Made by a program: the position numbers and the translations under genes
Notes under the pieces: generated by a model
What the model was told of the DNA's origin: nothing
Databases searched by the model: none
The model's input: only the letters and a program-made list of their open reading frames with translations
Origin: Candidatus Sulfomarinibacteraceae bacterium
Lineage (GTDB): Bacteria > Acidobacteriota > Thermoanaerobaculia > Thermoanaerobaculales > Sulfomarinibacteraceae
DNA: 64,000 nt
Direction: 5' to 3'
Assembly (NCBI GenBank): GCA_963796455.1
Contig: CAWCLO010000006.1
Location: 229,765 to 293,764, forward strand
Shown: positions 29,204-39,255 of the stretch, in pieces
Layout of the letters: each line of letters starts with the position of its first letter
Position numbering within the stretch: the first letter of the stretch is position 1

Positions 29204-30262
29204 ATGGCCCTGGTCGGAAAGCTGGAAGACATTCGGCCGGCGGAGATCATGGTGTATCTCGCCGATTCGATGAAGACCGGCAAACTGATCTTCACCACCG
29301 GTCGCCAAGAAGGCATGATCGTGTTCCGGGACGGGAAGATCATCTATGCCGCATCGAGCTCGGTCCGCGAGACCTTCGGCAGCATCGCACTGAACCTGGA
29401 GATCATCCGGCCTTTTCAACTCGAAGAGGCCGTCAGCCTGCAACACCGCTCCGGCGAAGACCGGCGCCTCGGAGACATCCTGGTGGCGATGGGCGCCATG
29501 AGGGACGACGACGTCCAAAGGGTTCTGATCCACCAGGTCGGTCAGGTCGTCAAGGAGATCTTCGAGTGGGGAACCGGTTTCTTCAGATTCAGAAACATGG
29601 AGATCGAGGCCCTGGGAGAGGTTGAGATCGGCGCCCGGGATTTCGTCGTCGGAACACCGCTGGACACCCGTAGCGTGGCGCTGGACGCAGCGCGGGAGCA
29701 GGACGAGAGCACCCGCGATACCGAACTCGCCCTCGAGGATGAGGACGAAACCGAAGAACCGACCGAACCCACGACCCTCGGCGAGATCATGGCCGCGGTG
29801 GCGGGGCCTGCCCTGACCGCCGAAATAATTCGAGAGATCTTCGTGCTCGCCGCCGCCACCCTCACTCGAGGGATGCTCCTGGCAGTTCGTGAACACAGTG
29901 TGCAGGGTCTGGCCTGCTACGGCCTGGATGACGGCGTCCTCCCGCCGGCAGAGAGGGTCCGTCAGCTGAGCATGCCCCTGGACGAGTACTCCTTCATTTC
30001 CTCGGTCGTACAAGAACGCCGAGTCTTTCGCCGCCAACCCGATTACGTCCGCGCCAACACCACTTTCTTCCAGGCGCTCGGCGGAGAGTGGCCTGATGAG
30101 GGGGTCGCCATCCCGATGATTCTCGGCGACCGGGTCGCGCTGGTCTTTTATGGCGACAACAAACCCAAAGACCTACCCGTCGGTTCCACCGACATTCTGG
30201 AAACGGGTCTGCAAGCCGTGTGCGCGCGGCTCGACGCGGCAAGTCAACCTGCGGGGGAGTGA
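29204..30262 (+). CDS. DUF4388 domain-containing protein
   Basis: GKLEDIRPAEIMVYLADSMKTGKLIFTTGRQEGMIVFRDGKIIYAAS is the classic DUF4388 N-terminal pattern. An acidic linker and a second domain follow. Confidence 0.7.
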   Translation: MALVGKLEDIRPAEIMVYLADSMKTGKLIFTTGRQEGMIVFRDGKIIYAASSSVRETFGSIALNLEIIRPFQLEEAVSLQHRSGEDRRLGDILVAMGAMRDDDVQRVLIHQVGQVVKEIFEWGTGFFRFRNMEIEALGEVEIGARDFVVGTPLDTRSVALDAAREQDESTRDTELALEDEDETEEPTEPTTLGEIMAAVAGPALTAEIIREIFVLAAATLTRGMLLAVREHSVQGLACYGLDDGVLPPAERVRQLSMPLDEYSFISSVVQERRVFRRQPDYVRANTTFFQALGGEWPDEGVAIPMILGDRVALVFYGDNKPKDLPVGSTDILETGLQAVCARLDAASQPAGE

Positions 30263-30372
30263 CCACGAGTTCACATCGAGGCATCGCCAGGTATGGCACT
30301 CGGGTTGGGGGTCGCAAAGCTTCCAGGTAGCGGCCAACCAGATGATGTAGTTTTGCGGGGAGGGAGAATGCC

Positions 30373-31941
30373 ATGAAGAATTCCTCGATATTGCAATTTC
30401 TGGTTGCGGTGGCCCTGCTGGTATTCGGCGAAGCCGCAGTCGATGCGACCGAATATGACCTTTACTACCTGGGCGGCCAGTCCAATATGGATGGCTACGG
30501 AAAGGTGGCGGACCTTCCTGAGGCGCTGATAGGGCCGGTCGATGGAGTCATGATCTTTCACGGCAACTCCTCCGCAGACGGCAAACCGGTGGATGGCCGC
30601 GGCACCTGGGCAGAGCTTCGTCCGGGGCATGGCGCCGGCTATGGCTTCGACGGCGAGACCGCAAAATACTCCGATCGTTTCGGCGTCGAGCTGACCTTTG
30701 CCACCACTCTGAAAAAACTCGACCCAACCGCCAGGATCGCCATCATCAAGTACTCACGCGGCGGCACCTCCATCGATCGCGAAGCCGGCAACTACGCCGG
30801 AGCGTGGGACCCGGACTTTCCTGGAACCGACGGCATCGGCATCAACCAGTACGATCACTTCCTCGCGACAATCCGAAACGCCACGTCGGTGGCCGACATC
30901 GACGGTGACGGGGAAACGGACACTCTCGTACCGAAGGGCATCGTCTGGATGCAGGGCGAATCCGACGCCTATCTTTCCGAAGAAATTGCGACGCGATACG
31001 AGGCCCACCTCACCCGGCTCATGAATCTGATGCGGGCAGCCCTGCTGACCGACGACCTGCCGGTGGTGATCGGCCGCATCTCGGATTCGGGGCGCGACGA
31101 GGATGAAAAGGACGGCATGGTCTGGAACTACGGCAAAACGGTGCGCGCGGCGCAGGCCGCATTTGTCGACGCAGACGGGCACGCGGCGTTCGTCACCAGC
31201 ACCGAAGGCTACGGCTACTCCGATCCGTATCACTACGACAGCGCCGGATACATCGATCTCGGCCGGGAGTTTGCAGCAGCGGTGCACGGTCTCCGGACGC
31301 AGACCTCGTCGCTTTCGGCCGACCCCGACCCCCTGCGCTTCCAAACGCAGATCGATGCCTTTTCCAATTCGGACAAGAAAGAGAGGCCTCCCGGGCACCC
31401 GTTGCTCTTCGTCGGCAGCTCGAGCATCCGTCGCTGGCCCACATCGACTTCGTTCCCGGACTGCGATTCCCTCAACCGCGGTTTCGGGGGCGCCCACATT
31501 TCGGACGTCCAGTACTTCTATGATCAAACGGTGCTCCGTTACCGGCCGAAAGCGATCGTCTTTTATGCCGGTGACAACGATGTCGCCTTTGGCAAGGGAG
31601 CGGATCAGGTCTTCGAAGATTTCAGATCCTTCGTCGAATCCGTGCGGCGCGATCTCCAGGGCACGCCGATCTATTTCATCGCCATCAAACCAAGCGGTAG
31701 CCGCTGGGAGCTTTGGGACACGATGCAGAAGGCCAATGCGCTCGTTCACACCTGGGCCGGATCACAACCCGATCTCCATTACATCGACGTCGCCACGCCG
31801 ATGATCGGCATAGATGGCGCACCCAGAGAAGAGCTCTTCGTCGACGACCGGCTGCACCTCAACGACCAGGGTTACGATCTGTGGGACAGCATCGTCCGGC
31901 CGCACCTGGCATTTTATTGCGGCAAGGACTATATCCAGTAG
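30373..31941 (+). CDS. Secreted two-domain esterase: SASA/DUF303 (sialate O-acetylesterase-like) plus SGNH/GDSL hydrolase
   Basis: Signal peptide, then YDLYYLGGQSNMDGYG (SASA block). The second half has LLFVGSSSIRRW, GFGGAH, FYAGDNDV and DRLHLNDQGY (SGNH blocks I, II, III and V). Confidence 0.8.
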   Translation: MKNSSILQFLVAVALLVFGEAAVDATEYDLYYLGGQSNMDGYGKVADLPEALIGPVDGVMIFHGNSSADGKPVDGRGTWAELRPGHGAGYGFDGETAKYSDRFGVELTFATTLKKLDPTARIAIIKYSRGGTSIDREAGNYAGAWDPDFPGTDGIGINQYDHFLATIRNATSVADIDGDGETDTLVPKGIVWMQGESDAYLSEEIATRYEAHLTRLMNLMRAALLTDDLPVVIGRISDSGRDEDEKDGMVWNYGKTVRAAQAAFVDADGHAAFVTSTEGYGYSDPYHYDSAGYIDLGREFAAAVHGLRTQTSSLSADPDPLRFQTQIDAFSNSDKKERPPGHPLLFVGSSSIRRWPTSTSFPDCDSLNRGFGGAHISDVQYFYDQTVLRYRPKAIVFYAGDNDVAFGKGADQVFEDFRSFVESVRRDLQGTPIYFIAIKPSGSRWELWDTMQKANALVHTWAGSQPDLHYIDVATPMIGIDGAPREELFVDDRLHLNDQGYDLWDSIVRPHLAFYCGKDYIQ

Positions 31942-31996
31942 GCACTCCCGTTACGATTTCAATCGGGCCGGCACTCGGTGATGTGGCCGGGCCGAG

Positions 31997-32515
31997 TCAG
32001 GCTTCTGAGTTGAGGGTGAACCCGGAGAGGTTGACAGACTCTCTGTCGATGGAGTGATTGAAGAACTTCAGTTTGCTGGTGGTCACCGCGTTGACCATTC
32101 CCTTTGCCCGCATCCCCGCGATGATGGCCTTGTCTGGCAAGATTCCCTCGATTGACTTCTTACCGGCATCACACGACATCGTGATGACGGTGTCGAAGTC
32201 GCAACACAGTCTTCTGATCTTTTTGCACAGACCTTCATTCAGAATGCACATCCAGACCAATGGATACTTTCCGACCCAGGAGCCCACGTCGAAACCGGTT
32301 CTGTACAACATGCCGGTGAGTCGTTCGACCTCCTCCTCCATCGCTACCGCTCTGTAGCCAGTCGGGGTCGGTTCGTAGGTCGCCGAAACCTCATCCGGTG
32401 TTTCGATGTGCAGACTCATGCTGGCGCATGCGGGACAGCCGACCACAAAAATTCTCCGCGCAGCGATCGCATCGCTCAGAATTTCGTCGTCAGACCGCAG
32501 TTCGGAAAAGATCAT
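31997..32515 (-). CDS. Cys-rich hypothetical protein in a visibly AT-richer patch
   Basis: 172-aa ORF with GCPACASMS, WMCILNEGLCKKIRRLCCDFD and MSCDAGKK. No family recognised. Confidence 0.5.
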   Translation of the reverse strand: MIFSELRSDDEILSDAIAARRIFVVGCPACASMSLHIETPDEVSATYEPTPTGYRAVAMEEEVERLTGMLYRTGFDVGSWVGKYPLVWMCILNEGLCKKIRRLCCDFDTVITMSCDAGKKSIEGILPDKAIIAGMRAKGMVNAVTTSKLKFFNHSIDRESVNLSGFTLNSEA

Positions 32516-32800
32516 GCCGTCCTCCGTTTCCGCCGATAGATTCGAATCGTCGCAACTCCGAGAGATGCAACCCCGCTGCTATCGCATTGTTGATCGTGCT
32601 TTTTTGTCTTTCCCTTCAAAGATGGTGCCTGGCGACGGATATCGCAAGGGCTGCAGGCGCCGCCAGTGACCACATCCTCACATCGAGGCGTTGCGAGTCG
32701 CGTGACCCCTCGAAGGCGCGAATGTTTCACGGGCACCGGATGTTGGTACGAATAGGCCGGGGCGGTAACAGCCGCTCGGACCGGAAGGAGACAACACATC

Positions 32801-33412
32801 ATGACCGAATTCAAGCTCACCTACTTCGATTTTGACGGTGGCAGGGCGGAACCGATCCGGCTCGCATTTCATATCGGCGGCATCGATTTCGAGGACATCC
32901 GGCTGAAGTTTCCTGAGTTCGGCGAAGCGCGGTCGTCCTTTCGGTTCCGCGCTCTGCCGGTGCTCGATCTCGACGGCCAGCAGATCACCCAGTCGAACTC
33001 CATGCTTCGCTACGTGGGCAAGCCGGCTGGTCTCTACCCCACCGACGACCTGCAGGCCCTCTATTGCGACGAGACGATGGACGCGGTCGAAGACCTGAGC
33101 CACGAGATCGGCAAAACATTCGGTCTGAAAGACGACGAACTGAAACAGGCCCGTGAAAAGTTTGTTGAGGGCAAACTCACGACCTACATCAAGGGCCTCG
33201 ATGACCTTCTCACCCGCGGTGGCGGCCAGTTTTTTGCGGACGGAAAAATGACCGTCGCCGACCTCAAGGTCTTCGTCGAGACCCGGACTCTGGCCAAGGG
33301 CATCCTCGACCACGTCCCGACCGACATCGTCGAAAGTCTCGCACCGGCTCTGGTAGAGCACCGCGACCGCATCGCCAACGACCCGCGGGTGGTGGCCTAC
33401 TACTCCCGCTAG
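32801..33412 (+). CDS. Glutathione S-transferase
   Basis: AAGGAG RBS, an N-terminal thioredoxin-like domain (KLTYFDFDGGRAEPIRLAF...LPVLDLDGQQITQSNSMLRYV) and a helical C-terminal domain. Confidence 0.85.
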   Translation: MTEFKLTYFDFDGGRAEPIRLAFHIGGIDFEDIRLKFPEFGEARSSFRFRALPVLDLDGQQITQSNSMLRYVGKPAGLYPTDDLQALYCDETMDAVEDLSHEIGKTFGLKDDELKQAREKFVEGKLTTYIKGLDDLLTRGGGQFFADGKMTVADLKVFVETRTLAKGILDHVPTDIVESLAPALVEHRDRIANDPRVVAYYSR

Positions 33413-33482
33413 TGTGTGGCAACACTGACGACAACCTCACGTTGAGGCAACGCAAGGCGTGCCTCCGATGAACTATCGGAGG
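33413..33482 (+). repeat. Family-2 intergenic module (copy i), starting 1 nt after the GST stop
   Basis: GTGTGGCAACACTGACGACAACCTCACGTTGAGGCAACGCAAGGCGTG, then the perfect hairpin CCTCCGAT-GAACT-ATCGGAGG (33462..33482). Confidence 0.7.
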
Positions 33483-33501
33483 TGTGGGTCCCCCCTGCGC
33501 G

Positions 33502-34740
33502 TCACCTACCTGGAGGTGCAAACCGCCACACGTCGTTGTCGACGTTGAGGTAGTTGAAAGGGTCGAAAAAATTGAAGGTCTCGCGGTCGCCGCCAAAGGT
33601 CAGAATCGACGGTCGCCAGCCTCGCCCCGCACCCCACACGACGAGGGCATCGAAGTCGTACTTGATGTCTTCGGGTCCGTCGGCGTTCCAGGGCGAATCG
33701 CTGACCTGTTCCCAGTGCCTGCCATTCCTGCTGACCCAGACGTCCATCGGATTGGATGGCTTGAAAGGATCGGTCGGATCCGAGCTCAGACCAAAACCGC
33801 CAAACAGTACGATCTGGTTCAGCACCACCACCGCCTGGTGGCCCGGCCGGGCGGGCCACGGCGCGGCATCCGTCACCTGCTGCCAATGAGCACCGTCCCG
33901 CGAACGCCAGACGTCGTTGAAGTACGGCGGGCAACGATCACCGGATTCGCAGGTGAAACCGTCCTCGCCTCCGATCATGTAGAGATAACCGTTCTTCGAA
34001 ACTGCAATCCCCCCGGCACGCGGCGCCCATGGGGCTTGCTTGGTGACCTTGAACCAGCGGGCACCATCGTATGACTTCCAGACATCGTTGAAGTACTCAC
34101 GCGCAGGCTGTCCATCGACGATGGATGAGTCGTCGTTGAAGGACCCGCCCATCACGTATATCGCGCCGCGATGGACGACCGCCGAGAGGCCGGCCCGCCC
34201 CGCCCAGGGAGCGTTGCCGGTCATCTTGCGCCAATGGACGCCGTCACGGCTCCGCCACACATCGTTGAAAAACTCTGACTTCGGCACCTGTGCAGGGCAA
34301 TCCGGCACAAACGGAGGACACTCGTTATCGACGATGTTGAAATTCTGGCCGCCGAGGACATACATGTGACGCCCCTTCGTAACGGCTTGAAAATAGGCGC
34401 GCGCGGGCCAGTGGCTCTCATCGTCGGTGAACAGGATCGGGTCCCAGCTTTCGCCGAAATCGTCGCTCGCCCACACGTCACCCCAAATGATGCTCGCACC
34501 AGGGACAGGCACCTCGGCCGGGTCGAGCGGAGTGCGACCACCCATCACGTAGAGCCGCTTGCCCAGCTTCACCGCCTGAAGTCCGGCGCGGGGAGCCCAT
34601 TGGGCGGCGGGATTCTGAATGTCCCACTCCCACGATTCAATGTTGGAGATCCCCCAACCTTTTTCCTCCTGGGCTACTGCCGTCGAAGTTGTAACGAGAA
34701 TCAGAACAGCACCGAGAGTCAACAGAACTCGAAAACGCAT
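33502..34740 (-). CDS. Secreted Kelch-repeat beta-propeller protein
   Basis: Starts MRFRVLLTLGAVLILVTTSTAVA (internal ATG of ORF 33502..34863). It has repeated W.PRAG...V....LYV.GG and NDVW.S.DG..W units. Confidence 0.8.
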   Translation of the reverse strand: MRFRVLLTLGAVLILVTTSTAVAQEEKGWGISNIESWEWDIQNPAAQWAPRAGLQAVKLGKRLYVMGGRTPLDPAEVPVPGASIIWGDVWASDDFGESWDPILFTDDESHWPARAYFQAVTKGRHMYVLGGQNFNIVDNECPPFVPDCPAQVPKSEFFNDVWRSRDGVHWRKMTGNAPWAGRAGLSAVVHRGAIYVMGGSFNDDSSIVDGQPAREYFNDVWKSYDGARWFKVTKQAPWAPRAGGIAVSKNGYLYMIGGEDGFTCESGDRCPPYFNDVWRSRDGAHWQQVTDAAPWPARPGHQAVVVLNQIVLFGGFGLSSDPTDPFKPSNPMDVWVSRNGRHWEQVSDSPWNADGPEDIKYDFDALVVWGAGRGWRPSILTFGGDRETFNFFDPFNYLNVDNDVWRFAPPGR

Positions 34741-34814
34741 GGATATCCCCCACTTTTGTTTGTGTCGTGGGGCTAATCGTTCAATCTCGGCGAAAATTCC
34801 AGGAAAATGCCGCC

Positions 34815-34865
34815 GATCACAACTCACAATGAGGCACAACGAAATTACGAAACCACGGGCCATCC
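34815..34865 (+). repeat. Family-2 intergenic module (copy ii)
   Basis: GATCACAACTCACAATGAGGCACAACGAAATTACGAAACCACGGGCCATCC, between the divergent Kelch and DUF1330 genes. Confidence 0.6.
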
Positions 34866-34915
34866 AACGAATAAAGCGGCCTTACCATGTGTTGGATCAG
34901 CAAAAGGAGAAAACC

Positions 34916-35242
34916 ATGTCCGTCTACTTGATCGCTGATGTCACGGTCACGAATGACGAGTGGATTCCCGCCTACGCGGAAAAGGTCCACGATATCGTTC
35001 ACAAACATGGAGGCAAGTACCTTTCCCGCAGCGGAAACATCACGACCATCGAGGGCGAGGAACTCGGCTCGACGCTGATCGCGTTGTTGGAGTTTCCCTC
35101 GATGGATGCGGTGACCGCCTTTGCGGACGACCCGGCCTACGCGGAATACCGGCAAGCTCGTCAGGCCGGCACCATCAGCAGACTTCGTGTCATTGATGAG
35201 ACCGATTTGGCCGGCACGATCCCTTACCTTGAAAAGGGTTAG
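34916..35242 (+). CDS. DUF1330 domain-containing protein
   Basis: AAAAGGAGAA RBS; MSVYLIADVTVTNDEW...HGGKYLSRSGNITTIEGE...LLEFPSMDAVTAFADDPAYAEYRQAR. Confidence 0.85.
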   Translation: MSVYLIADVTVTNDEWIPAYAEKVHDIVHKHGGKYLSRSGNITTIEGEELGSTLIALLEFPSMDAVTAFADDPAYAEYRQARQAGTISRLRVIDETDLAGTIPYLEKG

Positions 35243-35337
35243 TCCGGCCGAGTGACCATCCGAACCATTGAGACCTCTCGTCCCGGTGAGCCTCCGAGCA
35301 AAGCCGGGATGCGGTTCGTTACCCTGTCATCTCGACT

Positions 35338-36129
35338 TCAGTCCACAGCTTTGAGAATGTAAATCGCCCACGGAGCGACACTTCGTTCGCTGACCCACGG
35401 GATACCGTCGTCGGCAGTGCCCAACGGCAGTTCAATCCGTTCGGTTTCGAGCCCGGCCCCCCGATAGACGGCGCGGTAATTCTCGTCCGTCCACAAGATA
35501 TCGTCCACCGGACGACCGTCGCTGTAGTCGGTGGTCACGATCCGCACCACGTCCCCGGGTCGTGCGTTTTTGTTTTCCGGATAGTCGCGAGTCGAAAACG
35601 TCACCCATTCGTGGGTGTAGATCTCCGGTGTGGAGACGATGTTGACCATCCGGCCGGTGGGCCGGAGCAGTCGCCTCAATCCCGTGAAAATCCGGACTCT
35701 GCGCTGGTGGTCCGGAATGTTGTCGAAGGTGAAGGCCGATTGAACGAGGTCATAGCCGAATTCCGGGAGCGACGAGAAATCTCCGTCTTCGATGACCTGG
35801 TAATCGCCTTCCGGGTCTCGATCAAGGGCTATGGCGACCATATCCGCGGAAATGTCCAGACCCAGCGTGTGGAAGCCGAGCTGCTTCAGAAAACGCGTCG
35901 ATCTCCCGGTGCCGCACCCGAAATCCACCGCCAGATTTCCGGTCACGTGCTCACTCAGTAGACCGGGGAGATCGCGGAACACGAGATGGTAGGTACCCCC
36001 CAACGCGAGCTCGTCATACGCCGCCGCCCGGCGAGCGTCCTCATAGGTATTGCGAAAATCCATATTGGCCCTCCCCGACTTCTCGGCTTCCAAAATGAAG
36101 GATGCCATGCGGTTTTTCAAGAGTGCCAC
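35338..36129 (-). CDS. Class I SAM-dependent methyltransferase
   Basis: Motif I VDFGCGTGRSTRFL and the post-I LGLDIS. The start could be the GTG at 36129 or the ATG at 36108. Confidence 0.85.
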   Translation of the reverse strand: MALLKNRMASFILEAEKSGRANMDFRNTYEDARRAAAYDELALGGTYHLVFRDLPGLLSEHVTGNLAVDFGCGTGRSTRFLKQLGFHTLGLDISADMVAIALDRDPEGDYQVIEDGDFSSLPEFGYDLVQSAFTFDNIPDHQRRVRIFTGLRRLLRPTGRMVNIVSTPEIYTHEWVTFSTRDYPENKNARPGDVVRIVTTDYSDGRPVDDILWTDENYRAVYRGAGLETERIELPLGTADDGIPWVSERSVAPWAIYILKAVD

Positions 36130-36156
36130 GCATCAAAAACACACAGTCGCGGCCAT

Positions 36157-36287
36157 TGATCACAACCTCACAACGAGGCAATGCGACGTGTGACACCTCC
36201 CCAGGGTGCCACATTCACAATTCCACAATTGTCAGTCAGTGGACCGATTGACGTTTATAAACCAACAAATTTGAATGTGGCACCCAT
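36157..36287 (+). repeat. Family-2 intergenic module (copy iii) plus a downstream GGCACCCAT box
   Basis: TGATCACAACCTCACAACGAGGCAATGCGACGTGTGACACCTCCCCAGGGTGCCACA (36157..36213; hairpin TGTGACACC/GGTGCCACA). An exact GGCACCCAT follows at 36279..36287. Confidence 0.75.
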
Positions 36288-36617
36288 CCACCTTTCCCCA
36301 ACAGTTGCCAGGTTCGGTTGTGTTGATGTTATGGATTTCTCACCGGTGGTGACGGTCTCTTCGTGTCGATACCCCGCACAGAGCATCCTGGTGTTCGTCG
36401 AATGATAGATAACCCGAGCAAAATCATCTATTTTGATGAGAAAATCCATTCGTTTGAACGATTGCATTAGCCCCGGTCGCGCCATATTGTGTTAAATGAG
36501 GGCGATTCGGTGGAATGGGGGGGCATCCTGTTCACCATCAAGTCCGGTTCTTTCCTTGTCACGATCGCTTTGGTGCTGAGTCGGTGTTTTTATGCTCTCA
36601 TCCCAGAATTCGACCAC

Positions 36618-39116
36618 ATGGGAGGCGTTGTGAGTTCTTTCTACGGGAAACCGATACGTGGGTTGTTGACGGCCTCGGTCTTTGCTGTCCTTGCCTTTGC
36701 CTCGACACTCGGATTGCACGCTGGAGAGTTGAAGGCTGAGGCCGAAGACCCAAGTTGTGTGTGGTCCACCAACTTCACCGTGGGCGATCTCGACGGCGGA
36801 GTGTGGGACTCGGTCGTTTTTGACGACGGGAGCGGACCAGCCCTCTATGTGGGCGGCTCATTTCTTCGCGCGTCGGGGCTCGAAGTCAATCACGTTGCCC
36901 GATGGGACGGCGAATCCTGGTCAGCTCTGGCGGGATCGACCGACGTCGGAGTGAACGAGGAGGTGCGGGCCCTGGGGGTCTTCGATGACGGGTCCGGGCC
37001 GGCTCTCTATGTGGGTGGGGACTTCACCGAAGCAGGCGGCGCCGCAGCAGCCCACGTCGCACGATGGGACGGTTCTGCCTGGACGACGCTCACAGGGGCG
37101 TCGGGGTCGGGCACATCAGGGCCAGTGTGGTCGTTGACAACCTTTGACGATGGCGACGGCAACGGGTTGTACGTTGGTGGAGATTTCGATGACGCCGGTG
37201 GGATCGAGGTCAAGCACATCGGGCGGTGGAGTGGAACTGAATGGTCGGCCCTGACCGGGACTACCGGAACGGGCACAAACGACGTGGTTCACAAGATGAT
37301 CACGTGGGACGATGGTTCCGGAACGTCGCTTTTTTTGGGCGGCCGATTCTCGTGGGCCGGGGGCACCCCGATGGCGAGGATCGCCGAGTGGGACGGCACC
37401 GATTGGATCGCGTTGACGGGTTCGTCCGGATCCGGCACCGGAAGTTGGGTGGAGGACCTCGCGGTCTACGACGACGGCACAGGCTCAGCGCTCTTCGCCG
37501 GCGGCCATTTCACCACCGCCGGGGGGGTGGCGGCGAACCACGTCGCCAAATGGGATGGAACCGAGTGGTCGGCTCTCGTTGGACCGGGTGGGAATGGCGC
37601 AGATAATACCGTCTGGTCTCTCGGAGTCTTCCAGGGCCGGCTGATCGCCGGGGGCCGCTTGGATACGGCCGGCGGTGTGACGGCGAGCGGTATCGCAAGC
37701 TGGGACGGCAGCTCGTGGGCCGGAATGAGTGGCCCCTCCGGAGTCGGGATCGAGGGCACAGTTGATGCACTGGTGGTCTACGACGACGGGTCAGGCGACG
37801 GCCTCTACGCGAGCGGGAGCCTGTTCCTTGCTGGCGGGAGATATGCAAACAACATCGCGCGATGGGACGGAGAGAAATGGTCTTCCCTGGGAGATCCTGC
37901 TGGCGATGCTGTCAACCGTTCCGTCAAGGCCCTCGTGACCTGGAACGATGGCGGCGGCGAGATCCTCGTGGCCGGCGGCCAATTCGGAGGGGCCGGCGAC
38001 ATCACTGCGAAAAACATCGCGGCGTGGAACGGCAGCCAATGGTCTGCCTTCTCGGGAGCCGCCGGAGAAGGAACGGACGGGATGGTCGAAGCCATTGCAG
38101 TGTACGATGACGGATCGGGATCCGCCCTCTACGTTGGCGGTTGGTTTGATCACGCCGGAGGCGTCGAGGTCAACGGAATCGCGAAATGGGACGGCAGCGA
38201 GTGGTCGGCGCTAACCGGACCCGGTGGTACCGGCGTTGATGGCAACTCGGTGCGGGCCCTCGCGGTCTTCGACGATGGGACCGGACCTGCGCTCTACGCG
38301 GGTGGGTCTTTCTCCACCGCGGGAGGCACGACAGTCAACAACATCGCGCGGTGGGACGGGGACGGGTGGGCTCGCCTCATTGGTCCCTCCGGCATCGGCA
38401 CGACCAGCGCCGTCGAAGCGTTGGCGGTCTTCGATGATGGCGACGGGGCGTCGCTTTTCGCTGCCGGTCAGTTCACCACCGCAGGTGGAATCACCGTCAA
38501 CTACGTCGCGAGCTGGGACGGGGAAGAATGGCACCCTGTAGGAAATCCAGCGGATCCCGGGTTCAGCTACTCGGTTGAGACTCTCGCTGTCTATGACGAC
38601 GGTTCCGGTGCCTCGCTGTACGCGGGCGGTCAATTTGCCTGGGCGGGAAAGGACTCGACCAGTCCCGATGTGGTGAATCACATCGCCCGATGGGATGGCG
38701 GGCTGTGGACCGCGCTCGACGACGGGGTGGCCATCGGCACACCTGGAGCGGTCTACACACTTGCCGCCTATGACAACAACGGGAGCTCACTTTTGATTGT
38801 CGGGGCATCGACTTCCACCATCGGCAGCGTTCCCGCGAAAAACCTCGGGTCCTGGGACGGCACGTCATGGTCAACCCTCGATGGTCCCCATGGCGAGGGT
38901 GTGAATTACAGACCGGTCACCGCTACGTCATACGACGACGGTGACGGCAACGCCCTCTTCGTCGGGGGTGGCTTCAAGACCGCGGGAGGCGTCCCATCGC
39001 TCGCCATCGGACAGTGGATGTGCAGCAGTTCTCAACCCACGTTGATATTTGAAAGTGGTTTCGAGACGGGGCAACTGGACGATTGGTCGGCAGTTGTGCC
39101 CCCACCTGGGCCTTGA
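36618..39116 (+). CDS. Large secreted repeat protein: about 13 tandem ~55-aa units (likely beta-propeller blades) with a C-terminal FETG-x4-W-S-x-V-V-P tail
   Basis: Starts MGGVVSSFYGKPIRGLLTASVFAVLAFAS (signal). The repeated unit is [IV]A[RKS]WDG..W[ST]AL.G..G.G....V.AL.VFDDGSGPALY.GG.F..AGG. The protein ends FESGFETGQLDDWSAVVPPPGP. Confidence 0.8.
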   Translation: MGGVVSSFYGKPIRGLLTASVFAVLAFASTLGLHAGELKAEAEDPSCVWSTNFTVGDLDGGVWDSVVFDDGSGPALYVGGSFLRASGLEVNHVARWDGESWSALAGSTDVGVNEEVRALGVFDDGSGPALYVGGDFTEAGGAAAAHVARWDGSAWTTLTGASGSGTSGPVWSLTTFDDGDGNGLYVGGDFDDAGGIEVKHIGRWSGTEWSALTGTTGTGTNDVVHKMITWDDGSGTSLFLGGRFSWAGGTPMARIAEWDGTDWIALTGSSGSGTGSWVEDLAVYDDGTGSALFAGGHFTTAGGVAANHVAKWDGTEWSALVGPGGNGADNTVWSLGVFQGRLIAGGRLDTAGGVTASGIASWDGSSWAGMSGPSGVGIEGTVDALVVYDDGSGDGLYASGSLFLAGGRYANNIARWDGEKWSSLGDPAGDAVNRSVKALVTWNDGGGEILVAGGQFGGAGDITAKNIAAWNGSQWSAFSGAAGEGTDGMVEAIAVYDDGSGSALYVGGWFDHAGGVEVNGIAKWDGSEWSALTGPGGTGVDGNSVRALAVFDDGTGPALYAGGSFSTAGGTTVNNIARWDGDGWARLIGPSGIGTTSAVEALAVFDDGDGASLFAAGQFTTAGGITVNYVASWDGEEWHPVGNPADPGFSYSVETLAVYDDGSGASLYAGGQFAWAGKDSTSPDVVNHIARWDGGLWTALDDGVAIGTPGAVYTLAAYDNNGSSLLIVGASTSTIGSVPAKNLGSWDGTSWSTLDGPHGEGVNYRPVTATSYDDGDGNALFVGGGFKTAGGVPSLAIGQWMCSSSQPTLIFESGFETGQLDDWSAVVPPPGP

Positions 39117-39255
39117 GCGCGTTTAAACCCCGCGTTTTCAATCGGGCAAATTCAGGTCACGATTTGTTTTGGACAGCACTCGGAACTCATGGTGAATCGA
39201 GGGAACCCGCTAGATAGCTGAACCCGCGCTACTCTGATTCCGTGGAGTACGGGTC

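Noticed and set aside
30294-30308. TGGCAC-TCGGG-TTGG upstream of the esterase gene as a sigma-54 promoter
   Set aside because: The -12 position reads GG instead of the nearly invariant GC. I kept it as a near miss only.
33462-33482. Perfect 8-bp hairpin CCTCCGAT-GAACT-ATCGGAGG as a bidirectional intrinsic terminator between GST and Kelch
   Set aside because: No T-run on either strand. It is more simply the variable hairpin part of the family-2 module.
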